Assembly: GCF_000306885.1 (NCBI RefSeq)
Contig: NC_018267.1
Span: 810,001-842,000, forward strand
DNA: 32,000 nt
Source of the DNA: Wolbachia endosymbiont of Onchocerca ochengi
GTDB lineage: Bacteria; Pseudomonadota; Alphaproteobacteria; Rickettsiales; Anaplasmataceae
Direction of reading: 5' to 3'
Numbering within the stretch: position 1 is the stretch's first letter; every line of letters begins with the position of its first letter. Position numbers and translations under genes: made by a program. The notes beneath the pieces are model-generated. The model was not told where the DNA came from. It was given only the letters and a program-made list of their open reading frames with translations, and made no database searches. This document shows, in pieces, positions 9,811 to 18,017 of the stretch.

Positions 9811-10086
9811 ATGCAAAATTTACAATTAAGTTATCCAATAGTGATAGAGTTGGGTGACATAAAAGACACAAAACTGAAATTAATGAAGGTTATCGCACAG
9901 CTAATAAGTAAGAAATATAGAACACAAAAAAAAGCAGCAACTGCTCTAAAAATTGATCAACCTAAAGTATCTCAAATTAATAAGTCAAAAATCGAAGGGT
10001 TTTCTTTAGAGTACCTGTTTAACTTACTAGTTGCACTTGGTCAAGATATAGATATGGAAATAAGGTATAGTTCTAAATCTATATAA
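9811..10086 (+). CDS. XRE-family helix-turn-helix protein, antitoxin-like (COG5606/HigA-like architecture)
   Basis: 91 aa. TQKKAATALKIDQPKVSQINKSKIEGFSLEYLFNLLVALGQDIDMEI matches the pattern TQ.eaA..LgvtQPrVSdl..GKi..FSld.L...l.aLG..v.#.#. That pattern is typical of small XRE antitoxins normally paired with an upstream Gp49/RelE-like toxin. No such partner is present. Confidence 0.7.
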   Translation: MQNLQLSYPIVIELGDIKDTKLKLMKVIAQLISKKYRTQKKAATALKIDQPKVSQINKSKIEGFSLEYLFNLLVALGQDIDMEIRYSSKSI

Positions 10087-10559
10087 TAAGGTTTCCTATT
10101 CGCTCTTATTTAGGAAGATATGCCGATAATACTAACAAGAATTTCCAAAATCTATACTTAATAGTTTTTTAGGTTACTAGCAATAGATCAAGCATATAAG
10201 AACACTGTATTATTATATTTTATAAAAACGGGATACATTTACAGCTCTATAACTTGTTTGAATACTTTGCTGATATGCCTTAGCTTGAGTGAGTTAATAA
10301 CGTAAAAACGAACTTTTCTTACACGTGCTTGTTAGCTTGATAAAACTAGTTTACTGGGTACATTCTTTATCAACCTTTTTTTATGTAAAGGCATATACTA
10401 GTTGATAAATTTATAAAAAACTTACAGGATAAATTGAGTCAGTAAAAGATTTTTATTATCTTTAGCTTTAATTAAATTTCTATATATAGTTTTTCTATTT
10501 TTATATACTGCCGTGCGTTACTTCTTGAAGATATAAACTAGAATTAAGATATACTTAGT

Positions 10560-11540
10560 GAAGGTGATACTTCTAATATTATTAGAAGCTTCTCCAAGTC
10601 CTAAAGTTGTTATTGAAAAGATGATAATAAATAAACCGAATTACAAAGAACTAATTAAAAGCCTTCGCCCTGAAAATTTTATCTTCAGTACTTGCATATC
10701 ATAAACATCAAAAGTTGCTATTACACATCAGTACTACGTACATGCTGAATGTTTCTACAAGCTTTTGATAAATATTTACTAGTTCCTTTTTGGATATATG
10801 AATATATTATGAATCCTATGAAAAAGAAACAATTGTAACTGCACAAACCAAGAAATTAGCAGTGTAAGGGTGATCATGAGTAAATGCCTCAATAAAAGGC
10901 TCACTTAAAAACGCTGAGTAGACTTTTTCGATAGTAATTGTAAGAACAAGTAGAAGAAAATCTCCAGTTATAATTCTTTTAAGGTACATAAAAAGCCTTA
11001 TATGATTTAAGCTTGTTCGAAAATAAAATAAGTACCGTTTATCTAAAGCCAGTTATAACTTTGTCATAGATTGTTAAAATTCCATATTAAGTACTAATTT
11101 AACAACTTTTTCAATAAACTCTGGACGGCATATTTTTATACCACTGCTCCTGTACTAAAGGCTAATACAGCAATTTTGCGAGAACCGGTGTATAAGTAAC
11201 TCCTTAGCACATTCAAAGGAATGTTTTTCTTTATTTTCTATTCCTTCATCTCGTCTCAGGTTCCAGGAAAAGGCTCTTTAAAAACAGAAAATAATGGATT
11301 TAAAAATGCATAAAGTTTTCAACTTTTCGCGAAGAGTTACTATATGGTTATGGGTGAATCTTGCAAAATTACATACTCAAAAGTTATGCTCTATTGATAT
11401 ATGGCTTCGACAGTCTGTAGTGAGCATGAGTGTGCAAATTTACTTACCAAATGGAAATCAGATTCGGATGTAACTTACTATGTAATTTTTTATTATATTT
11501 GCTTAAATTCATCATTATTTAACCATGAAACGGCTCTTTA
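10560..11540 (-). pseudogene. bioA: bioA relic (adenosylmethionine-8-amino-7-oxononanoate aminotransferase)
   Basis: Minus-strand hand translation across frames gives several matches. 11403-11438 reads FAHSCSLQTVEA (cf. F.ADSGS.AVE.A). 11139-11177 reads KIAVLAFSTGAVV (cf. IAA.I.EP.VQGAGGM). About 11040-11075 reads QSYNWL*INGTYFIFEQA*II*GFLCTLKEL*LE (cf. DEV.TGFGRTG..FA.E...I.PD.LC..K.LTGG). 10840-10881 reads THDHPYTANFLVCA (cf. HGH(S/T)YT.NPLACA). There are many stops. About 80 aa of the N-terminus appears to be deleted. Confidence 0.7.
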
Positions 11541-12170
11541 ATTTACTCGAGAGAGGTATTTGCATTAGATGTTTCGTTATTGATCCGCTATAATTTAAGT
11601 ACTGATGCTTTAAGACCTTTACTCCGTCATGACAATTCTATGCTTCAAAATTATCCATGAAACTAGGTGATCCGTTTAGAACCATTCCTAGAATAGGAGC
11701 ATTTCTAGCACGTAGAGCTTTCAGATTTAGCAACGGTGATTAGACTGTATAAAGTGTAGATCTGGCAACTAGAACTCTCGGAATGATAAGTTTTTTTGAT
11801 TAGATCAATCATCAGCATAGAGTTCTGTTAACTAAAATTTCTCTAGCACCTTCTATAATTAAGTTATGTATTTTAAGCAAACCTAATCTTATCAATATCG
11901 ATATTATCCATTGCTAAACAATGTTGCTAAGTGAGAAGATAGATATTCTTTATGAATGAAACTTTTTTATTAATATTTACGTTAATCAAGCCGCTTATTT
12001 GATCACTATATTGTACTTAGAATAGCTTCAGTCTAGATAATTTTGAAATATAAATATCAAACTTACAAGCAAAGATAATTGCTTACAATAGTTTTACTAA
12101 CACTAGCCTGTTTTTTTTTTGAAATATCCGCACTTACTCAAAATTTCAAAGAAAATATTTTATAAGTAGC
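11540..12170 (-). pseudogene. bioD: bioD relic (dethiobiotin synthetase)
   Basis: Minus-strand translation of 11827-11863 gives LIIEGAREILV (cf. L.#EGAGG#.VP). Translation of 11665-11778 gives RVLVARSTLYTV*SPLLNLKALRARNAPILGMVLNGSP (cf. #.LV....LG.INH.LLT.EAL...g#...G.#.Ng). The expected P-loop region coincides with a T10 homopolymer at 12111-12120. Confidence 0.7.
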
Positions 12171-12660
12171 ATTGACCTTATTTGCATAGTCTTTGAATTA
12201 TCCTTTTCAGATCAGGCAAAAGAATTATTTAATTACCAAATTTGTCGCAAATTTCCAAGATACCTGATAAATGCACTTGTGCTTGGAAAATACAATGTAA
12301 ATTCTTATGAATTAAAAAAACACCCTTTTAGCTCTAGGTAAGGTAGATAGCTTTCCAATTCTTGTTTAGGTAAATACTAATAAGTTAGTACAGGTAAATG
12401 AGGACTTCATAAAAATTCTAGTTCATTTATTGGATGAACTACTCAGTAAATGTAAAAGGAAAGCGAAAACATCTGGATTACTGTATGATTTTTTTACTAT
12501 TTTTTAAACTTCTTATTTACTGGAGTGGTAAGTTCAAAATGACAAGGCGTGAAAACTAAGATCTAGCGTTTCTATCTTGCCTAAGATGAATTCAACTTCT
12601 CTTTGCAACATGTTCTATATCTGTTTTCAAATCTCAAGCATATCGTGGATAAAATCCAAA
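12170..12660 (-). pseudogene. bioC: Probable bioC relic (SAM-dependent methyltransferase), heavily deleted
   Basis: Minus-strand translation of 12524-12562 gives ILVFTPCHFELTT followed by PVNKKF. This is compatible with methyltransferase motif I (ILD#GCGTG.LT..L...F). The position between the bioF/bioH and bioD relics fits. Only one motif is legible. Confidence 0.35.
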
Positions 12661-13085
12661 AAAACAAATTTTCAATAATAGGATGAGCTTGCTTTGCTAA
12701 AAAACTACCTTATATGTACTTCTTTTGCAGCCACATTGAGAAAATGTGTAATTTTTTGCTTACACGTATCCATCTTAAAGCTTTGTATCGTTGCTTTTAA
12801 TCTATTTGTGATTTTTGCGTAATCACAAGGTTAAATCTCAGAAAATTGATAAAAGCTTGAACGTTGGTAAATATATTCAACTTTCCACTTAAGGAGGTTA
12901 GCTTCATTAGTCTGAGAACATACCTAATACTAATAGATATACTATCCTCTGACAGATCTAGATTTTCTTTTTCAAAAGAACTAAGATTTAAACGATAGTG
13001 GAAAATTTAAAAAAATCATTCATTTATAAGAAGGTAGAAAAACTTGTGACCAATCATCATATCCATGACGAAATACAAAGTTGTA
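12660..13085 (-). pseudogene. Possible bioH-like alpha/beta-hydrolase relic, heavily deleted
   Basis: Immediately downstream of the bioF relic end, minus-strand translation of 13038-13076 gives VFRHGYDDWSQVF (cf. #.##HGWG.....W of BioH-type hydrolases). I could not read a nucleophile-elbow motif. The call rests mostly on position. Confidence 0.25.
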
Positions 13086-14230
13086 GTTTATGTTTTTTGA
13101 AAGAATATTTATTGAATAATTTACGTTACTTTTAGTGTTATTCATACTGAGTATAATACGTAATCTTGATGTGTTAGGAAAAACAGGTTGCATGTAGCAA
13201 AGGTAATTAACTCTGTTTCAAAAGCTCTTCCTTTGAACTCATCATTGTATTTTGCTACCTAAAATTGTCAGCATAATTGTGTAGCTAAGTTACCTGTGTT
13301 AAATTCAAGGTTTCACAATTTGTCTTTCAAGTTTTCAGCTTTAAAAAATAAGGTACTACCTGATCAGCAAGATGTTTTGTACTAAATTCTTAGGCTTTGG
13401 CTGCTGCATCATGATCATTGGAAAAAGAGAAACTGAATAAATAAATAATCCTTACACCTATTGATAAGATAATCCTTTATAATATTAGAACAAGCAACAT
13501 ATGTACTAAAGTATCATAAGACTTTACTAACAGTGTCTGAAACTAAATGTGGAATTTTTTTAAAGGTTAACGGTAGAGAAGCAGTACCTATTATGTCCAA
13601 TAATACCTGTTGAATGTGTTTCATTTAAATACAGAAGGCTTTACGTTCTTTGCTAAGATTAAAAAATTTTCTCTGTTGATGCGATGCTCCGTCCATCTTG
13701 AAAATTGTTTCAGTAATAATGAACTTCAATAGTTCAGTCTAATATAGTTCACATAACTTATGCTTATTGGAAAAGATAATAGATTTACTACCACAAGTGT
13801 TGATTAATTCGATAAGTTTCTAAGGAGTGTTAAATTAGCCTGGAAGTTAGAGTGAAAAATGAGAGCTAACTCGGTTCTTTTATCCTAAACGATTTTCTTC
13901 TCAAAGTGTTTAAATATTTTTTATTACCTAAAAGTAACTGAGAACAGGTAGACTCTATTACAAATCACTGGTTCTACAAGTTTTATTGCCTAAAATAGCG
14001 TTTCCTATTGACTTGAATAGAGGTTATTATTAAAATAAAGAAATTAATAAAATTCTTACCATTTAAGTCAAAGTTTCTTATAATCCATGATGTTTTTCTT
14101 TATTTCATAATATATTACAACACTCATTGTATAGCTTGTACATAGTCCTGTTCTCTTATCAAGAAAGAACTTAAATCATGAAAGAAATCAACTTTTGCTA
14201 AGAACAATGTACACGTACCTAGAATTAAGG
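13080..14230 (-). pseudogene. bioF: bioF relic (8-amino-7-oxononanoate synthase; class-II PLP alpha-oxoamine synthase family)
   Basis: Minus-strand hand translation gives several matches. 13831-13866 reads ALIFHSNFQANL (cf. AL.F.SG(F/Y).AN). Around 13688-13702 it reads IITETIFKMDGAS (cf. #.TE.#FSMDGD.AP), followed by LLYLNETHSTGIIG (cf. L.VD(E/D)AH..G..G). The segment with the PLP-lysine codon at 13523-13525 reads IPHLVSDTVSKVL*YFSTYVACSNIIKDYLINRCKDYLFI. 13134-13172 reads TSRLRIILSMNNT (cf. RPPTVP.GT.RLR#.L...H). There are multiple stops and at least three frame changes. The family is certain. The BioF assignment, as opposed to ALAS or Kbl, rests on context. Confidence 0.75.
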
Positions 14231-14269
14231 TCTGTTATGGTAATATTCTTAGTATGGGTATTATTAAAA

Positions 14270-14700
14270 CTAGTAAAGATCAAATAAAGATGCTCTAATC
14301 TCATTGCTAACTTGGATGAGCCTTCAGAATCAGTACCAGTTAATATACTGATAAAAATTCTTAGAGCTCCTCTTGAAAACATAGCCAATGTTGATTTATT
14401 CAATTTTTTTTACTATTACAATAGTTAGAATTATACTGCAAAAGTTCTATATTCGTTTGTTAGCTAGGTGGAAGGAAAAAAAGTATAGGACGAACTTGCA
14501 AACACTATGTTCTCTTACTGGTACCAATTCTGTTTTTACGGTGAAAAATTATTTGTAGCTTACAATCTGATACTAAACAAGATAGTTATTACTTATTTCA
14601 AAAATTAGGATTCCTAAAACTTGCTCTGTTTAGAAAAAATTAAGAACTCTCTCTACGAGAAGGACGGCTTTTTAAAATAGAAAATTATCATAAATTTTCC
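14270..14700 (-). pseudogene. bioB: bioB relic (biotin synthase); C-terminal part legible, N-terminal part deleted or unreadable
   Basis: The 71-aa ORF at 14188-14403 contains LAMFSRGALRIFISILTGTDSEGSSKLAMRLEHL at about 14290-14388. This aligns with the E. coli BioB C-terminus [38 protein letters not shown]. Upstream frames at about 14450-14520 give a ...PPS*QTNIELL... segment compatible with P.SVPIN.L. I could not read the radical-SAM CxxxCxxC motif with confidence. Confidence 0.5.
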
Positions 14701-14879
14701 TATTTTTCTCAAATTAATCAGGATTATCCTTTTAATATAAATTACTTATTACTTAAATAGTATAGCCATTTTAAGTATTTTTTTATTGGCTAGTTCATAG
14801 AGTTAGTGTCATATGTATAAGATGTTAAAGTAATCTATTATAGTGGATTTATATAAAAAAGCTCATAAAACACAACTAG

Positions 14880-14952
14880 TGGCTGAGGAGGGATTTGAAC
14901 CCACAACCAAGAGGTTATGATCCTCCTGCTCTGCCAACTGAGCTACTCAGCC
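14880..14952 (-). tRNA. tRNA with CAU anticodon (elongator Met or lysidine-modified Ile2; not the initiator)
   Basis: The reverse complement reads GGCTGAGTAGCTCAGTTGGCAGAGCAGGAGGATCATAACCTCTTGGTTGTGGGTTCAAATCCCTCCTCAGCCA. The acceptor stem is a perfect 7 bp and the anticodon loop is ATCATAA. The T loop is TTCAAAT, with one U-U mismatch at 50:64. No CCA is encoded. The G1:C72 pair and the A29:U41 pair argue against tRNA-fMet. The AGAGCAGG....CTTGGT context resembles ileX-type tRNAs, but I cannot decide by eye. Confidence 0.85.
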
Positions 14953-16246
14953 TAATATTAAAAATCCTACTATACATATGATCTATATATTTTATATAAT
15001 ATTCAAAGTTAAACAAAGATTCAAGCTTTTCAGAGTCAATAACTTCAAGTAAAGACTTATCTTGTTTTAATTCAGACAAAAAATTACTATTGTCTCGTTT
15101 TACTTTCATTGCATTCCTTTGAACGATTTCATATGCTTTTTCTCTTGTTAGACCACTCCGCACTAATTCAAGTAATATGCGCTGTGAGAAAATCAATCCT
15201 TTTGAAGAATTTAAATTTTTTTCAACATTTTCTTTATTAATCACCAATTTATCTACTAAATCTGTTAATCGCACCAAAGCAAAATCCATCACTATGCAAG
15301 CGTCAGGAACAATGCATCTTTCCACGGACGAATGCGATATATCTCGTTCGTGCCATAACGCAACATTTTCTAACGCAGGAAATATATAACTACGTATTAA
15401 ACGTGAAAGTCCAGTTAAATTTTCACTTAAAATAGGATTACACTTATGTGGCATAGCAGAACTTCCTTTTTGCCCAGTAGAAAAATATTCGGAAATTTCT
15501 CCAATCTCAGTTCTTTGCAAATGACGAATTTCAATGGCAACATTTTCTATTGAGCTTGCGATTACTCCTAAAACTGAAAAGAACATGGCATGTCTATCTC
15601 GAGGAATTACTTGAGATGACACGGTTTCAGGTATAAGTCCCATTTTCCCTGCTACATATTCTTCAACAAATGGATCAATATTTGCAAAATTTCCTACTGC
15701 ACCTGATATTTTACAAGTTGAAACTTCTCTTTGAGCATTGACTAGCCTTTGATAGTTGCGTTTAAACTCTGCATAAAACCTAGCAAATTTTAACCCGAGT
15801 GTTGTTGGCTCTGCGTGCATTCCGTGACTACGTCCTACACACACAGTATCTTTGTAGTCCTCAGCTTTTCTCTTTAATACTTTAAGTAAATTCTTTAAGT
15901 TCTTGAGTAAAACATCACACGATTCTTTCATCTGTACAGCAAGACATGTGTCCAATACATCAGAACTCGTCATACCATAATGAAGATAACGAACGTCAAC
16001 TCCTACTTTTTCAGCAACATACGTTAAAAAAGCTATAACATCGTGTTTTACAGTGGATTCAATCTCATTAATACGTTCAATATCAAATTTGATAGCACCA
16101 GAAAGTTTTTTAGCAACATCATTTGGAATTACTCCTAACTCTGCTTGAGCCTCACATACTAATCTTTCTATTTTAAGCCATATATTAAACTTATTGTTTT
16201 CCTTCCAGATGGCAGATACTTCTTCACAACTATAGCGAGGAATCAT
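14915..16246 (-). CDS. purB: Adenylosuccinate lyase; the 3' end runs 38 nt into the tRNA(CAU) gene
   Basis: 443 aa. MIPRYS..E#..IW...NKF..WL.#E, the SSAMPHK.NP signature loop and the C-terminal adenylosuccinate-lyase domain are all present. The conserved protein ends near ...IDHMYSRIFNI. The last 12 codons (RLSSSVGRAGGS) translate the 5' half of the tRNA. Confidence 0.9.
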   Translation of the reverse strand: MIPRYSCEEVSAIWKENNKFNIWLKIERLVCEAQAELGVIPNDVAKKLSGAIKFDIERINEIESTVKHDVIAFLTYVAEKVGVDVRYLHYGMTSSDVLDTCLAVQMKESCDVLLKNLKNLLKVLKRKAEDYKDTVCVGRSHGMHAEPTTLGLKFARFYAEFKRNYQRLVNAQREVSTCKISGAVGNFANIDPFVEEYVAGKMGLIPETVSSQVIPRDRHAMFFSVLGVIASSIENVAIEIRHLQRTEIGEISEYFSTGQKGSSAMPHKCNPILSENLTGLSRLIRSYIFPALENVALWHERDISHSSVERCIVPDACIVMDFALVRLTDLVDKLVINKENVEKNLNSSKGLIFSQRILLELVRSGLTREKAYEIVQRNAMKVKRDNSNFLSELKQDKSLLEVIDSEKLESLFNFEYYIKYIDHMYSRIFNIRLSSSVGRAGGS

Positions 16247-16349
16247 TAAACGACCTCCGTTTTATTTCTAGCATGTAAGAACCAAGATTACATGCTGGAA
16301 TGATACTAATTTAGTTATAAAAAGCATTTTTCTGTGGTCGTAACCAGAA

Positions 16350-16910
16350 TCACCTTTGATCAACTTTATCACTATCAGCAGTTTCTTTACCTAAGTTCTG
16401 CTCAACCTCTTGTTGTTGTAACTCTTGGCTTTGCAATTTTACTTGTCTCAACTCATGTGCATCTGTTTCTGATCTAACAACATACACAGTGATTGGTACC
16501 ACTACTTCACTATGAAGCTCTATATTCACTTGATACTGACCTAAATTTCTTACCTTCACTCCATTAAAAGATACTTTACGGTAATCAATTTCATGTCCTT
16601 GCAATAAAGACTTTGCAACTTCTTTTGTTGTTACAGAACCAAAAATTTTACCATCCTCAGAAGCTTGCTTCACTAATATTACAAACTTATCGATAAGAGA
16701 TGCTGCCAGCTCTTTTGCTAAATTTAATTTTCTTATATTTTCCTCTTCTAAAAAGGAACGTTGCTCTTCTAGCTTCGCTATGCTTTCCCTAGTAGCTTTA
16801 ACTGCCTTTTTTTGTGGGAAAAGAAAATTACGTGCGTAACCAGGCTTCACTTTTACAATTTCACCTAGTTTACCAAGCGTTCTTATGTTTTCCTTCAAAA
16901 TCACCAACAT
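16350..16910 (-). CDS. rplI: 50S ribosomal protein L9
   Basis: 186 aa. ML#ILKE.#..LGK.GE#VKVK.GYARNFL.P.K.A..AT is the L9 N-terminal domain. It is the last gene of the rpsF-rpsR-rplI cluster. It has an acidic/Gln-rich C-terminal tail. Confidence 0.95.
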   Translation of the reverse strand: MLVILKENIRTLGKLGEIVKVKPGYARNFLFPQKKAVKATRESIAKLEEQRSFLEEENIRKLNLAKELAASLIDKFVILVKQASEDGKIFGSVTTKEVAKSLLQGHEIDYRKVSFNGVKVRNLGQYQVNIELHSEVVVPITVYVVRSETDAHELRQVKLQSQELQQQEVEQNLGKETADSDKVDQR

Positions 16911-16917
16911 AAATCAC

Positions 16918-17193
16918 CTAAGCTTTTTTAGTACAATAAGGAACAAGAGCTAGAAAACGTGCCCTTATAATTGCTAAACGAAGTTTTCTTTGCCTTCTTG
17001 CACACACACCCGTTAATCTTCTGGGTAATATTCTGCCATAGTCAGAAGTAAACTTAGATAACAAATCTGTATTTTTATAATCTATATCCTCATCTTTAGA
17101 TGTAGCAAGAGGACAAGCTTTAGAACGCCTAAACCCAGTCCTATTATTCATAGATAGATAGGAATCATTAAAACTATTTCGTTTTTTTACCAT
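16918..17193 (-). CDS. rpsR: 30S ribosomal protein S18
   Basis: 91 aa. [37 protein letters not shown]#PY is the S18 signature. Its start codon overlaps the rpsF stop (TAATG at 17191-17195), which suggests translational coupling. Confidence 0.95.
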   Translation of the reverse strand: MVKKRNSFNDSYLSMNNRTGFRRSKACPLATSKDEDIDYKNTDLLSKFTSDYGRILPRRLTGVCARRQRKLRLAIIRARFLALVPYCTKKA

Positions 17194-17969
17194 TATGCAC
17201 TTTGCTCCTCAACTTGTTTATTTATCATATGAGATTTACCTTCAGAAAATTTATCAACTTGTACAGATAAGTGGCGAATAATATTCTCATTAAGCTTTAT
17301 TCTGCGTATAAATTCGTTCATAATACTTGAGGTAGAACTTATGCACATCATACAGTAATGGCCACTCTTCATCTTATTTATCGGATATGCGAAATCTATA
17401 AGACCCCAATATTCATATTTTATCAATCCTGAAGCTTCAACATTTTCTAGAATCACTTTCAACGTTTTATCTAATTGATCTAGGTTTGTTATTTCACAAT
17501 CTTTCAAAATTTCTTGAAGAACCTTTGCTAGATTCTCTGAAATGCTTTCTTTTAAAGCACTTGCTATGTTACGAATAAATATACTCTTAGCAACTTGCTT
17601 ACCACCTTCCGAAAGCTTTATAAAATTTTGTGTCATTCCTAAATCTTTTAACCCACTTTTTAGCTCTTTACCAATTTTCAATTTAACTTCTTTCAAATTT
17701 GAAAGATCTCCTTCCAGCTCGACCCACAAAATTTTTGCAAAATTTTCTAAGAAATTGGAATAATTAACTAAACTTTCTTGAATAGTATTAAACCGTGCTT
17801 CCAATTCTTGCTTCGTAAGCTTGTTATTTTCCAGAAATTTTTTGACTTTTTGAAAAATAACATCTATCTTAATACTTTTTAGTAAAACAGCTAGTTCTTG
17901 GACCATCTCTTCTACTTCTTGCTGTAACAAGCCCTGCTGCGCTACAAAAGTAAACTCATAAAGACTCAT
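17193..17969 (-). CDS. rpsF: 30S ribosomal protein S6 with a large internal insertion (258 aa, versus about 100-135 aa typically)
   Basis: Residues 1-32, [32 protein letters not shown], align to the S6 N-terminus (M..YE..F#......Q.V......). Residues about 179-240, [34 protein letters not shown]...IIRHLSV, align to the S6 core (....E.WG.R.LAYPI.K...GHY....). About 145 residues of Lys/Glu/Leu-rich sequence lie between them. The frame is uninterrupted and the operon position is canonical. Confidence 0.8.
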   Translation of the reverse strand: MSLYEFTFVAQQGLLQQEVEEMVQELAVLLKSIKIDVIFQKVKKFLENNKLTKQELEARFNTIQESLVNYSNFLENFAKILWVELEGDLSNLKEVKLKIGKELKSGLKDLGMTQNFIKLSEGGKQVAKSIFIRNIASALKESISENLAKVLQEILKDCEITNLDQLDKTLKVILENVEASGLIKYEYWGLIDFAYPINKMKSGHYCMMCISSTSSIMNEFIRRIKLNENIIRHLSVQVDKFSEGKSHMINKQVEEQSA

Positions 17970-18017
17970 TATGTCTTCCCTTGATACTGACCAAATTTTT
18001 TATTATATATGACTTTT

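Noticed and set aside
14188-14403. 71-aa minus-strand ORF as a stand-alone small protein gene
   Set aside because: Its sequence aligns to the BioB C-terminus, and it sits at the head of the collinear bio relics. I interpret it as a surviving open fragment of the bioB pseudogene, not as a functional gene.
15177-15389. 70-aa plus-strand ORF inside purB
   Set aside because: It is a shadow ORF antisense to purB.
17542-17763. 73-aa plus-strand ORF antisense to the rpsF insertion
   Set aside because: I considered whether the S6 'insert' might really be a separate gene on the other strand. The minus-strand frame is continuous with both S6 halves, and the plus ORF is low-complexity. I therefore kept the insertion interpretation.
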